Shown piece after piece: positions 1 to 13,659 of a stretch of DNA of 64,000 nt. The notes below the pieces were generated by a model. It did no database searches. It saw only the letters and a program-made list of their open reading frames with translations, and was not told where the DNA came from. The translations under genes and the position numbers were made by a program. The stretch covers positions 62,001 through 126,000 of the forward strand of contig CP145417.1 of the NCBI GenBank assembly GCA_036867785.1, written 5' to 3'. The stretch comes from Plasmodiophora brassicae. Taxonomy: Eukaryota. Position 1 is the first letter of the stretch; every line of letters begins with the position of its first letter.

Positions 1-258
1 AACCGCGCACCGATCCCCTCGAGGAACCTAAGGTTGCCCTCGGGGTAGTCCTCCAGAACGAGGCAGACGATCGTCCGCAGGCCAATCTTCTCCAGGAACG
101 GAAAGTGCTCTGCGATTGGGTATCAGGACGAACGCCGGCACAATGTGACCCGTTCTAGACTCGCTCTTCTTGGGGAAGCTGGACCGGTATACGCCCCGGT
201 CGACCATGGCGAAATTATCGGGCGGGATGAGGGCACTCGCCGAGGCCGCATCGTCCAT
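1..258 (-). CDS. Siw14/OCA-like (PFA-DSP) tyrosine/dual-specificity phosphatase, 5' part; runs off the window
   Basis: ATG at 258. Exon 1 MDDAASASALIPPDNFAMVDRGVYRSSFPKK, intron 110-164, then KHFPFLEKIGLRTIVCLVLEDYPEGNLRFLEGIGAR. PPxNFxMVxxGVYRSxFP is the family N-terminal motif. Confidence 0.85.
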
Positions 259-427
259 TGCCGGCACGACAGGTGTGCTGCTATACGTTGATGGCCGACA
301 GTGTAAGTGCGTGGACCCACGGACTTTGCTGACGGGGAGCTGCAGGCTGCAGCCGCCCCCCGCCGCCGCGCGCATCGGATCGCAGCGGTTCGCGTCGTGC
401 CCAGTCGACACGGCCGGCACGCCGACC

Positions 428-1972
428 ATGTGGCGATCGTTGGCGCGGCGTCAACCGTCTCGGCTCGTCCGCTACACGTTCACGCTACCGAAAGGGTACA
501 ACCCGTTCAACGATCGCGAGCAGCTGTTCTTTGAGAGCGATCGCGCCCTGGACCTGGCACGGCTGGCGGAGCGCGCCAAGGTCGACAAGCGCAAACCGTC
601 ACCTGCGCCGGTGGAGGACGACAGCGTCGTGGCGGTCGACGACGACGGGACGATCCCGTGGGGTGTCGAACAACCGGAGGAGCCACGGTTCGACAACGAC
701 CCGGTCGTGAAGATGACGCGTTGCGACGCCTGGTACGAGGACGTGCCCGCCACGATGCTGAGCGCTCAGCGGTCCGCCCTCAAGTCGCTGGGAATCAGGG
801 CCCGGCAGTGCATCCCCGACGACATCCTGCACGCCAAGGGGCGCTTCCGAGAGCACCCGTGGACCCGGTACGTGCACAGCCGCCTACTGCACCCGACGCA
901 CGTCTACACGGCCGAACGTGCTGGCGATTACCTCATCACGGAGCACACCATGTCCTTTGCCGTCCTGCGACGCCTCCTGCGCGACGTCAGGAAGCGCTTG
1001 CCGGACCTGCAGGTGGACGCCTGCCTGGACGTGGGCGCCGGGACGGCCGCGGCCGCCTGGGCCGCCCTGGACGCGTTCGGCGCCGAACTCGCCGTCACCT
1101 GCGTCGAACCGGCGCCGCACATGACCTCGATCGGGAAGCAGGTGACCGAGTCGTTCATGCGGACGACGGAATGGCACGCGACCCTGGCCACCCTGCCGGA
1201 TCGTGTCGATTTCCCGGTCGTCGTCGGCGCCTTCATGCTGCAGGAAGTGCACCCGGCCGTTCGCCACGAGCTCCTGGACGCCATGTGGGATCGCGTGCGC
1301 CCCGGCGGCGTCCTGGTCCTGGCCGACCTCGCCACGCCCGACGCCAACGCCGTCGTCGTCGACAGCCGCATGCACGTCCTGGAGCGGCATCGTGGCGAGG
1401 CGCGCACGCTGTCGCCCTGCCCGCACGACAACGTGTGCCCGTGGGCGGCCAAGTTCGGGTTCCTGAACGCCACCAACGACCGGCGCAAGGCGCGGCAGCG
1501 CGGCAAGCAGAGGAACTTCTGCCACTTTGGGCAGCGCGTCCGCCTGCAGTCGTTCGTCGAGCAGTCCATCATGCATGCGCGCCCGCGAACCGCCTCGCTG
1601 GTCCGGTTCCAGAACGAGTACCTGGTGCCGTTCTGCTACGCCGTCCTGGAGAAACCCGTCGGCGGTGCCGCGCGCCCCGATGACGGCAACCGGGCCGCCG
1701 TCGGCGACGACGACATCCTGGACCCGCGCACCTGGTCCCGAATCGTTCGGCCGCCACTGAAACGCGGCGGCCACGTCATTATCGACGCGTGCCAGTCCGA
1801 CGCCACCCTGCAACGGATGGTGGTCAGCAGGAAGAACGGCGTCGGTGGCCCGTACAAGATGGCGCGCGGGCAGGAATGGGGCGACCTGTGGCCCTACACG
1901 AAGCACGCCGTCGCCGACGACCCGGGCGCGCCGTCGTCCACCGACCAGGACGAGCCGTTGACCGAGGTCTAG
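428..1972 (+). CDS. RSM22: Mitochondrial small-subunit methyltransferase-like protein (Rsm22/METTL17 family)
   Basis: Basic presequence MWRSLARRQPSRLVR; SAM motif LDVGAGTA; CPHDNVCP; WSRIVRPPLKRGGHVIIDAC; ARGQEWGDLWP. The ORF-track extension to 170 overlaps the divergent gene and is not used. Confidence 0.9.
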   Translation: MWRSLARRQPSRLVRYTFTLPKGYNPFNDREQLFFESDRALDLARLAERAKVDKRKPSPAPVEDDSVVAVDDDGTIPWGVEQPEEPRFDNDPVVKMTRCDAWYEDVPATMLSAQRSALKSLGIRARQCIPDDILHAKGRFREHPWTRYVHSRLLHPTHVYTAERAGDYLITEHTMSFAVLRRLLRDVRKRLPDLQVDACLDVGAGTAAAAWAALDAFGAELAVTCVEPAPHMTSIGKQVTESFMRTTEWHATLATLPDRVDFPVVVGAFMLQEVHPAVRHELLDAMWDRVRPGGVLVLADLATPDANAVVVDSRMHVLERHRGEARTLSPCPHDNVCPWAAKFGFLNATNDRRKARQRGKQRNFCHFGQRVRLQSFVEQSIMHARPRTASLVRFQNEYLVPFCYAVLEKPVGGAARPDDGNRAAVGDDDILDPRTWSRIVRPPLKRGGHVIIDACQSDATLQRMVVSRKNGVGGPYKMARGQEWGDLWPYTKHAVADDPGAPSSTDQDEPLTEV

Positions 1973-2077
1973 GCTGTGCTGCCGACGTATAATATATGGG
2001 TCGCGCCCCGGGAACAGATATGGGACGCGCAGATACGCCTGCGATCGCCCTCGTGTGCCAACGCTGTCGGCCGGCCC

Positions 2078-4434
2078 ATGGGCAATTACCTGCCGACCGC
2101 GAACCGCACCATTCGCGTGAAGGACGACCCCCTGTCCAGCGTTCTCCATGCCTACCGGGATCGTACGTCGCACACACAGGCGGCCCGCTTTGCTGCCCCT
2201 GGATCTGACGCCCCTGGGTCGTGTGCGGCGACCTCGTCAGTGACCATCGCCCAGGTCCGGGACGTCTACGCGACGTACGCCGACCTGTTCCCCGGGCACA
2301 ACAAGCTGGACGCCGACCAGTTCGACCAGGTGTTCGGCAGCGTGTTCGGGGATACCGACCCGCACTTCAGCGCCTGGGCGGCAGGCCCCGGCGGCGTCCC
2401 CATCCTGCAGGTCTTCGTCGGCATCGCCATCCACTGCCAGGGCGACCTGGCGCAGCGCAGCGACCTCGTGTTCGACGTCTACGACCTGGACGGGTCCGGG
2501 TCGATGGCCGCCGACGAGGTCGTCATGCTCCTGCAGGACGCCCTGCGTGCCATGTGCCGAATGGCCGGCACGCGGCCCGCCCTGGACAGCGAATGCCTGC
2601 TCGGCGCCCAGGTTCGCGCCTGCCCGGGGGCCAGGTCGCGACACCTCAAACGATCCATGTTCGCAGATGGTCGCACACGGCATCATCCAGCAGGCGGGCG
2701 AGCGGCCACAGGCGATCATCCACCGGGACGACTTCACGTCGTGGGCCACATCCGATGTTGGTCAGTGTGGCGCCCTGGCGCTGTGCAGCGACCCCCATCG
2801 ACAGCTGGGTGACGTGCGCCTGCGCTCCAGACGTGGCGCTGTACGTTGACGGGTTCACGATGCATACCGAGGTGCGCGTCGCGTCCGTCCAGATGCGGAT
2901 GGTCGTGCTCGGCGCCATGGACCGGTTCGACGGCAGCGCGTCGCGCGTCGACGGCTCTGTCCACATGGCCGCCGCCGAGTACCAGCTGAACGCGCTGCTC
3001 GTCAGGCCGCTGTCGCCCGCCGAGATCGACCTGCTGCACCGTCACGACCCGATCAACGGCAGCACGCGCTGCCAGCGCGCCACGTTCGAGGTCTTCGCGC
3101 GCTCGCTCGTCATCTTCCGCATCGTGTCGAAGGACACGGACCGGCCGTTGCCGGTGTCGCAGGTCGAGTCCCTGGTCTGGCTGCTGAACGGGTTCCAGCC
3201 GTCGCCGCACCGCCTCCGCGCCGAAGTCGCCACCCTGGGGATCGAGGAAGGCGCGCGCATCGACCACCACGCTGCGCCCCTGGTCGGTGCTGGCGCGCCA
3301 TCAACGATCGTCTGCCTGACCTGCAATATACCTAGGTGGACAGGCTGACCTGGCTGCGGGCGCAGTGCTCCGACGCGAAGGTCGACGAGCGCCTGTACGA
3401 GGAGTTCGACCGGTACGACCAGGACCACAGCGGGAAGCTGTCGCTGGCGGAAGTGTCGGAAATGCTGTTCGACACGATGGCCCGGGACAACATCGGCGTC
3501 GAGGTGATCAAGGCGTCCAGCCAGGCGTCGCAGCTGATGCGGTCGATGGTCGGCGCGCTGGCCGCCGAGATCGTCGACGAGATCGACGCCGACGGCGACC
3601 AGCACGTCACGTGGCCCGAGTTGCGATCCAGGTGGGCGCACGTCAAACAGCGACGCGACGCGTTGGCCAGGTGGATCCTGGACTATAACCTGACGTTCGT
3701 CAGCCGATGTGTGTCGCCTGCCCCTAGACGCAGCGCAGGGCCGGCCACTGACCGTACTCGTCTGCAGATTTCGCGTTCGATGCCGACGGCAACGCCTGCC
3801 TGGACGAGCTGGAGATCCAGGCGGCGTACGTCGCACCGGCGCGCCTGTGTGCACACCCAATGCCAGGGGGGTTCATGCGCGTGCCCGTTGTAGGTTGCTG
3901 CAACGGATGAGGCCGCTGGTTCTGGACGGAACCGTCACGATGGCCGAGGCGAACGATCTGGTGCGACAGACGACCGGGACGATCATCGAGGTCTCCGACA
4001 AGGATCACAAGTGGGTCCACCTGACACACGTCGTTGTGCCGCTGCCTGACATGGGCAATAGTGGGACGGTGTCCATTGCCGAATTCACCGAATGCGCCCA
4101 GCGGATCGCCAGCGTCGAGGCCGACATGATGCTCAGGGCCCGGCACAAGAAGGTGGACAGGCTCGCCAACGCCGCCTACGCAGCGCAGTTGCCCAAGGCC
4201 AAGATCGCGATCGTGTCCCGGCTCGCCAGCTTGGGCAAAGCGAAACCTGCTGCAGGGACGGCGCCCCAGCCGACAGTGGCAGGTACCACTGCTGCCGGGA
4301 CGGCGGCCGCCACACAGACGTGCACTGTCGAGGCCGAGCAGGGCGGCCGGCCTCCCGAAGCCGACACGTTCATCCAGGCATCGAAGCGCAAACCGAAACT
4401 GAAGAGGCCGAAACGACGTGAACCAGCGGCATAG
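2078..4434 (+). CDS. Multi-exon EF-hand calcium-binding protein with possible N-myristoylation (MG start)
   Basis: EF loops DLDGSGSMAADE, DQDHSGKLSLAE, DADGDQHVTWPE and DADGNACLDELE spread over exons separated by short GT-AG introns; stop at 4434. Exon boundaries approximate. Confidence 0.75.
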
Positions 4435-4566
4435 CCGGGGAGTCGACGCCTCTGCAATGAGAACCGCGGCACCTCTCGTACACGCTCTTGGTGTGCCCGC
4501 TTCTCGTACCTCGCAAGCCTGTGGCGGAGTCGTACAGCGAGATGATAGATAGCGCGCCCGTTTCAT

Positions 4567-6471
4567 TCATTTCCCTTTGCGTCCCTTCTTGAACCGCGCT
4601 TTGCCGAGGCCGCCTTTGCCTTTGTTCAGCTTCAGCGGGTTCGCCTTCTGTCGCTGGTGTTTCAGGCGGTACCGGTCGCGCTTGTTCATGCGCGACTCGG
4701 CCAACCGCTTAGCGGGACCGCGTCGGTCGTTCTGCTCCTCCGGCATCGGGGCGGCACCGTTCGGGTCGTGCGGGAGCAGGTACGAGGGGATCCTGCTCAG
4801 ATGGGGCTTCACGCTCGCCGGTCGCAGGACGCGATCATGCAGCAGGGCCAGTTCCCTGGGGTTGTCCTCGAAATGGCTCTGCAGTCGTTCGCTGTTGACA
4901 ATCTCCTCCTTGAGCTGCGATAGGCGCGCCTCCTTGACCGCCTTCGTCGTGATCGACGCCAGCACATCCGACACCCGGTACGAGAACGCCCGTACAGCAT
5001 CCATCTCCAACTCCAACGGCTTAAGATCGCAAACACCATCCTGCACACGTGGACACGCCCGTCAGACGATCAGGGCAGACGGACAGCAATGCAATCAAGC
5101 GGACCTCGTCCGTGTAATGGTCGATGACGCGCTGCCAGAGATCGGACTGGGCATCAACGTGCGGCAGCAGGGTAATGGACGTCCCCGATGCACCGTTACG
5201 AGCGCACCGTCCAACACGATGGACATAGGCGGCCAGCGTGGTCGGCAGGTCGAAGTTGACGACGTTAGCAACGTCGACGAAGTCTATGCCGCGGGCGGCG
5301 CTGAACGACGCCGGGTCACAGGCGCCGTCTGTCGCGATCAGGTGGTCAATCAGGCCGCGGTTGAACGAGTTGATGGTGTCAGCACGCGAGTTCACTGGGA
5401 GTTCCTCGTTCAGGACGGCGGACCGCACGCCAAACCCTTCCAGGAACAGGCGTAGTTTGTAGGCGGCAGCGACATCGGAGACAAAGAACAGGGTCTTGCC
5501 CTGCAGGAACGGGCCGCCCACCTTCATCAACGCGAACACGATCAGGTGACGGTCGTCAAACGAGCAGGGTATGACGAGTTGTCGTAAGGCGTCGTCAGAC
5601 TCGTCCTCGTCGTTCAGCGTGACGGTAACCGGATGTCGCAGGACCAACGATTTCAGAGCGTCGAGCTCAGGGTTCAGCGTTGCCGAAACGAGAATCGTCT
5701 GTGCGGCCCCAATAATGCTGTGCAACTCCCGAAGATCGTCGTCGTGGCCGTACGACAAAACAAGGTCGGCTTCATCGACAATCAGCATCCGGAAGGGGAC
5801 CGTGGATTCCGAACTATAAGCAACGCCAACGTCAGAGGTGCGGACGCCAGGGACGGGAAGTCCGATCGGTATCACCTTTGCCGGAGCGTAGTGAGCACAC
5901 TGGACGGTGTACCGATGACAATATGGGACAGGCCATCGTCAGGTAACGGCGCGGACGCGTTTCGTTCGTCGACGCTAATCAGCGAGATCGCGTCGTAGGA
6001 GAAATGCAGGAGGCTGGAAGCGACCTGTGCGGTCTGTTTGCAGAGATCCTTCGTTGGGACTAAAACAAGGACCCGGGAGCAGATCTGTGTGGATCTGCGT
6101 GTCAGACGTGTGCCGACACAGGTGACTCGGGCTCAACGAACGTTTTGGGATTTCAGCGTCAGCAAATGCTGGACGGCAGGAACTAGGAACGCCAACGTCT
6201 TCCCACTTCCTGTCTTCGCTCGTACCATCATATCTTTGCCTGCCAGGCAATCGCAGCACGTCAGGTTGGGTGGCAGGCCACGATGCGCGAACACATCCGA
6301 ACCGGTGAGTGCGATCGGAATGGTATGCGATTGGATTAGGGTCGGTCGTATGAGGCCCATCTTGGCAGTAGCCTTCCACAGACGTGCATCTAGGCCCATC
6401 CTTGTGAAGGCCTTCGCTGGCTGGGTGGCAGCACCAGAGGCGCTGCCGCTGGGTTCAGGCGCGCCCGGCAT
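4567..6471 (-). CDS. DBP9: DEAD-box RNA helicase DBP9/DDX56
   Basis: Q motif PTLIQSHTIP; AKTGSGKT; VDEADLVLSYGH; SAT; ARGIDF; YVHRVGRCAR; C-terminal EIVNSERLQSHFEDNPREL typical of Dbp9; several introns. Confidence 0.92.
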
Positions 6472-6518
6472 GGTGGCGTGCAATTCAACGACGGAGTCCG
6501 CACGGACACCGTACGGAC

Positions 6519-7171
6519 TATGGAATTGTTAAAAACAGAGAATGGCTGGTTGAGTGTAAAATACATGTATTTTACACGTAAAAAACATGTTTAAAACAGC
6601 AGGGGGCTGCGCCCCCCGCGCAGTACGCCTTCATACCATGGTCACGGTCCTGACAACCCGACCAGATTCGATGACCTCTTCGTCACCAACGGGGTACAAG
6701 TGTGTGTCCGAAATCGCCTCGGGAAGTGTGCCTGGCTCGGCAATGCCAACGAACCCTGCGAACTCCAGTCGAGTTGCGTCTTCGTCATCGGAATCATCGT
6801 CTGGCTCTTCGTCAAATTTGACGAAGAGCCTTAGGCGAAGCAAGCGACCGGCCGGTTCAACGTGTGAAGGGAGTCATCTCGCGTATCTTTGTACGGCGAG
6901 TCATCTGGGCACTTTAATGCGATCCCAGTTCCTTGTTCGACGTTGCATCCCGATAGTCGAGCGCGTAGCCGGGAGTGCACGTGGTTGCAGGGCTCGTGAT
7001 TCCGCTCGCCCCCGACGACGACGACGCGCACGCGCAACGAAGGCTCTGGGACGGATCGGGAAACCCTTACGTTACCTGTATTTTACAGTGTAAAGTTGGT
7101 TCCTGGGTAGTGTATTTTACACGTAAAAAACAGGCTTGTAAAAAACACCCCTTCATTACAACAATTCCATA
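6519..7171. mobile_element. 653-bp non-autonomous hAT-like DNA transposon (internal deletion derivative)
   Basis: 12-bp TIRs TATGGAATTGTT (6519-6530) / AACAATTCCATA (7160-7171). Identical 8-bp flanks GTACGGAC (6511-6518, 7172-7179). Subterminal TGTATTTTACA copies. Minus-strand remnant CASSSSG/GERNHEPCNHVHSRLRARL resembles the hAT C-terminal dimerisation motif. Confidence 0.85.
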
Positions 7172-7698
7172 GTACGGACCCCACCACGGAGTTGGCCCGC
7201 GCCAGCGTCCAAGCGGGCCTGCCTCTTGGAGCAGATCCGCCGATGGGGGGCACACCTCGTTATGGCCCAGATCGGTGCTGCTCCGCGCAGGCGAGGCAGG
7301 ACTTCGTCCATCACATATACACACACGCACGTGCCCGCAGCGTGGGTATCCGGGGAATCGTTTCACGTCAACCGTAGCTGGTCATCGAGGTCCGCGATAC
7401 TAGCCATGCACGTAGTCGCCACCCCTGCCGTGTGCCTGGACCCTGTCGCCAGCTCGCCCGCAGCACTGACTGCCATGGCGCGCAACCTTGGAATCACCCC
7501 GTACGGAAAGTAGGCGGCGGCGGCGGTTCATACCTACGGGTCTTGCCCGGGCAGTCAGGCGGCGGGCCACGCGCCACCAAGTCCAGAGGGGGGTCATGAC
7601 GCGCCGGTTGCGTTACAGTCGCGTGCGCGACCGCCTCCTGGTCGTTGTCATTGTCGGGCGCGGGCACGGGCGCCGGCATCGTCATTTTTGGGGGAGGG

Positions 7699-8779
<1,081 letters not shown>

Positions 8780-8849
8780 GCAGGCGTCATCACATCGAGG
8801 AGTGTCTGTAAAACGAGTCACTTGCTGTCGTTCGCCCTCTTGCAACCGT

Positions 8850-9549
8850 TTATTCTTCGCCGGCCGCCTGTGGCTTCTGATGCGCGTGCTGCTGTTGCGA
8901 CAGGAACGTGTTGTACGCCAGGCCGACCGTGTTGGTCCACAGGACCTGATACCGGACCGGTACGACGGCGAAGTTGACCGCGATGGCGATCGGCCAGACG
9001 GCGTAGTTCACCAGCATGGTGTCCACGAACCGGTCCTGGATCCTGGCCGCGATGCGATCCGGTGGATGGCCGGACATCAGCCCCATGATGGCGAAGAACC
9101 CCAGCGTGGTCAACGGGGCAGCCGTCGCCTACCGACACGGCCACGTTCAGCCGAATTGAGGCATCTGCGACAGCGAGCGCGACCGTACCTGATCCAGGGC
9201 GACCTTCTTGACAGTTCGCAACGGCACGTTCGCTGGGAAGAGCGCCTCCAGCCGGCCGTACCACCAGTGCAGGAACGGCCCAACGAACAGGCCGCCGAAC
9301 GCTGCCATGCGCGTCGTCCGGGCCAGGTCGTTCCGTTGCGCCGGGTCGTCGAGCCTCTCAAACGCTTGCTGGACCTGGTCGCCGGCTGCGCCGATGGTCG
9401 CCGCCGTCACCGACTTCGTCACCCGTGGATGGGTCTGCCATCGCACACACACACACACACGCGTCCAGCGTTCAGCGCCTCATCACGGACGGGGGCCGTG
9501 CCGTTTGACCGACCGATAGTTTGTTGGCATACCACGACAGGATCGACAT
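8850..9549 (-). CDS. Mpv17/PMP22 family membrane protein
   Basis: Spliced MSILSWYANKLS|THPRVTKSVTAA...GPFLHWWY...KKVALDQ|...VWPIAIAVNFAVVPVRYQVLWTN. Introns 9435-9513 and 9129-9188. Confidence 0.88.
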
Positions 9550-9918
9550 GACCGCCGGCCAGGGCAACTCGCAACGGGGCACCGACCCCGGACCGTGCCG
9601 TCTGCCGGGCACCGACCCAGCGCAGTTTTCCAGCCGCCAGCTTTACCAATATGGAGCGATGCCGCTGGGAACATTCCAACGTCGTCTGCTCTCGGGTTCG
9701 CATTGTCAAGTCCGATGGAACCTGTTCCTGTCCGCATTCGGTTCCGGTACAAGCCCCATCCGCTTATCGTGGCCAGTTTTGGGCGAAGGGACGGTGACGG
9801 GCTTTTGGTGGCGGGTTGTTGGACGCCGCGGGGGGCACACGGCCACGGGGGGAGGTGACCGTGACGCAACGCGTCCCATTTCGCGGCGGGGGCGTTGGGC
9901 TTCGTTGGTAACGACGCC

Positions 9919-12900
9919 ATGCATCGCCTGATGGCCGTGTCGTCGGCCATGCGTGCCCGCGCCGCGGGGCGTCGTCTGATGTCGCGCCGTCACTTGTCGG
10001 CGATATCCATGTCGGAGTCGTTCCTGCCGCTGGATACGTTCGTCAACCGGCACTGCGGGTCGTCGCCGGACGAGATCCAGACGATGCTCGACGTTGTCGG
10101 CGTCAACCATCTCGAGGGGCTCTCCGAGCAATGCGTCCCGAAGGATATCTACCTGCAGCGACTCCTGAAGGTCTGGCCCGGGCGATTTGCCGCCCCCGAC
10201 ATGCCCATCGTGTACGCTGACCGTGTCGTGGTTGGTTTGCCGTCCAGGTGCCGCCCGCCAAAGGCGAAACCGAGGCGCTGGCACAACTGCATCGGATCAT
10301 GTCCAGGAATCAGGTCCTCCGGAGCCATATCGGATGCGGATACTATGGCACCGTCACGCCCGGTACCATGCGTGGCGCCGTCTCTCTGCCCTGACGCGCG
10401 CCTCGCTCATCACGCCGTGCAGGTGTCATCCTGCGGAACATCCTCGAAAACCCGGCTTGGTACACGCCCTACACGCCGTACCAGGCGGAGATCTCGCAGG
10501 TGACGTCGCACCTGGCGCACAGGGCGCGCGCGTTCCCCTGGTGACGGTTGTCCTGCAGGGTCGCCTGGAGATGCTCCTGAACTTCCAGACGATGGTCTGT
10601 GACCTGACCGGCCTGCCTGTCGCCAACGCCAGCCTTCTCGACGAGGGTACGGCCGCTGCCGAAGCCATGCTCCTGGCGTACAACGCGTGCAACAAGCAGG
10701 CGCATAAGCTTCTGGTACGCCTGGCCCGCCATGTCCGGTTCGGGCTCTGATCTGTCGCCTGTTAGGTGTCTCCCAAGCTGCACCCGCAGACGCTGGCAGT
10801 GATCAAGACGCGGGCGGCGCCGTTCGGTATCGAAGTCATCGCCACGAAGCCATCGACCTGGCCGAGAATCCTGGAACGCGGTTCGGTGTTCGGCGCCATC
10901 GTCCAGTACCCGTCGACGGACGGCGTCCTGAAGGACTGGTCGGAGGAGTGCGACCTGGTCCATAAGAGCGGCGGCCTGTTCGTCGTCGCCAGCGATCTGC
11001 TGGCGCTGACCGTCGTGAAACCGCCCGGCGAGTGGGGCGCCGACGTCGTCGTCGGAAGTTCGCAGCGGTTTGGCGTCCCGATGGGGTACGGCGGCCCGCA
11101 TGCCGCCTTCTTCGCCTGCCGCGATGAACTGAAACGCCGCGCGCCTGGACGTATCATCGGCGTTTCCCGCGACGCACGAGGACAGCGCGCGCTTCGTATG
11201 GCCATCCAGACGCGGGAACAGCACATCCGCCGCGACAAAGCCACCAGCAACATTTGTACTGCCCAGGTCAGTAGGCACAAGTGTGTTTACATGTTCGCGC
11301 GTCGACGTTGCTGACGTCATGTCCATCAGGCGCTGCTGGCGAACGTTGCGGCCGCGTATGCCATGTACCATGGGCCGAAAGGCCTTCGCGCCATTGCCAA
11401 TCGGGCCATGCGAGCGGCGCAAGTCGCCCGCCTGGGCCTCGAGAAGCTGTCCTACAAATGTTACGGCGAGTTCGGCAGCACGTTCGACACGGTCACGTTC
11501 GGTGTCAGCGATGCGAAAGCGTTCGCTGAGGTCGGTATCGACCACGGGTTCAACTGTCGCATCGTGTCCGACCGCGTTGCGTCGCTGTCGTTCGACGAGA
11601 CGGTGCAACTGGGCGACCTGCAGGAGATCTACAAGGCGATCGGGAAAGTGAAGGACACGGCGCTCGACTTCACTGCTGCCGACATGGCCGAGGTCCTGGA
11701 GATCGATGCACCCGAGGCATGCGACAAGCTGTATCCCGAGGTACGCCCTGATGGTGCGGTTGTTCCATACTTCTCCTGATGGCTGGCGCGCCGACGTAGT
11801 TTGTTCGTAAGACACCGATCCTGTCCCACCCTGTGTTCAACACGTATTGCAATTCGGAGACCCAGATGCTCCGGTACCTGTACCAGCTTCAGATGAAGGT
11901 TAGAGACGTTCTCCAGGGCGTTTACAGCGTCAGTGACGGACGGCTCATCGCTGGCAACAGGATTTGTCTCTGGCCAGCGCCATGATTCCGTTGGGGTCCT
12001 GCACGATGAAGCTGAATGCAACAAGGTACAACTGAATGGTTCCGACGTCGTTCGTGTGATGACGTTGCCGACAGCGAAATGGCGCCGATTACATGGCCCA
12101 ATGTCAACAGCCTGCATCCCTTTGCGCCAAAGTCGCAGGCCGCCGGTTATGAGAAGATGCTGACGACACTGAAACAGTGGCTCTGCGAGATCACTGGATT
12201 TGCTGCCGTATCGCTGCAGCCGAACTCTGGCGCTCAAGGAGAGTACGCCGGCCTTCTCGCTATCCAGGCGTATCACAAATCTCGAGGCGGTACCTATCGG
12301 CTCACACCATCGCAGATTCGTTAAGTCTGAAGCTCTCCGTTAGAGGCCCAGAGGCATGTTTGCCTGATCCCGACGTCGGCACATGGTACAAACCCTGCGT
12401 CAGCGGCGCTGGCAGGCTTGAGCATCGTCGTTGTGAAATGTGATGCGAATGGCAACGTTGACCTCGAGGACCTTGGCTCCAAGGCCAAGGAACACGCGAA
12501 GAATTTGTCGTGCTTCATGATTACGTACCCGTCGACGCATGGCGTGTTCGAGTCCACGATCAAGAAGTGCTGCGCGATCATCCACGAGAATGGCGGGCAA
12601 GTGTATCTTGACGGCGCCAACATGAACGCACAGGTACCGCGTTGTCTTCATCGGTTGGTTGCGGTTCGCCGACCCGCTCACGATGCTGAATAGGTTGGGC
12701 TGTGCCGCCCTGGCGACTACGGTGCCGATGTATGCCACCTGAACCTGCACAAGACGTTCTGTATTCCGCATGGCGGTGGCGGACCTGGCATGGGTCCCAT
12801 TGCCGTTGCTGGGCACCTTGCAGAGTTCCTGCCTGCGCCTGAAGGATCCGGATCGCCGGTCGCCTCCGCCCCTTTCTCATCGGCGTCCATTCTGCCCATA

Positions 12901-13612
12901 CCCTGGATGTACATTCGGATGATGGGCCCGGATGGCCTCCGGCTGGCCACCCAGATGGCAATCTTGAACGCGAACTACATGGCGACCCGCCTGTCGAAGC
13001 ACTACCCGATCCTGTATCGGGGCGAGAACGGTCGTGTCGCTCACGAGTTCATCATTGACCTGCGTCCTTTCAAAGAGCATGGCGTCACCGAGGAGGACGT
13101 CGCCAAGCGCCTCATGGATTATTCATTCCATGGGCCCACGATGTATCTCCATGCTTTGGCGTCGCATGACGGGCCTTCCCTCGCAGCTGACATGTGGTAC
13201 ATAGGTCCTTCCCAGTTCCTGGCACGCTGATGATTGAGCCGACGGAAAGCGAGCCGCTCAGCGAACTGGATCGTTTCTGCGAGGCCATGATCTCGATTCG
13301 TCAGGAAATTGAGGATGTCATATCCGGTCGAGTTGTCGCGGAGGAAAGCGTCCTGAAGGGTGCCCCGCACACGATGGACGTTGTCGCATCCGACAACTGG
13401 AACCGCAAGTACTCTAGAGAGACGGCGGCGTATCCGGTGAAGTCTCTGCGTCAGAACAAGTTCTGGCCCAGCGTCGCCCGTATCGACAACGTATTCGGTG
13501 ATAGGAACGGTCCGTCCAGCATGCGTTGTGGTTCACGGTGTCAACCGTCTGACTGATGATGCTCGTCGATACAGTTATTTGCCAGTGCCCACCCGTCAGC
13601 AGTTACCAATAG
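9919..13612 (+). CDS. GLDC: Glycine dehydrogenase (decarboxylating), glycine cleavage P protein, mitochondrial
   Basis: [70 protein letters not shown]. Many introns; last exon [11 protein letters not shown]. Confidence 0.97.
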
Positions 13613-13659
13613 GAACCCCAGACGAGACCTGTGCGCACCCAAATAAAGTAGCAGAAGGC

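Noticed and set aside
6517-7178. Alternative element boundaries (13-bp TIR with 6-bp TSD TACGGA)
   Set aside because: The 12-bp TIR with an 8-bp TSD explains more flanking identity and agrees with the hAT-like coding remnant.
7180-7690. Short ORFs between the transposon and GDP-fucose synthase
   Set aside because: No recognisable motif and no consistent exon structure.
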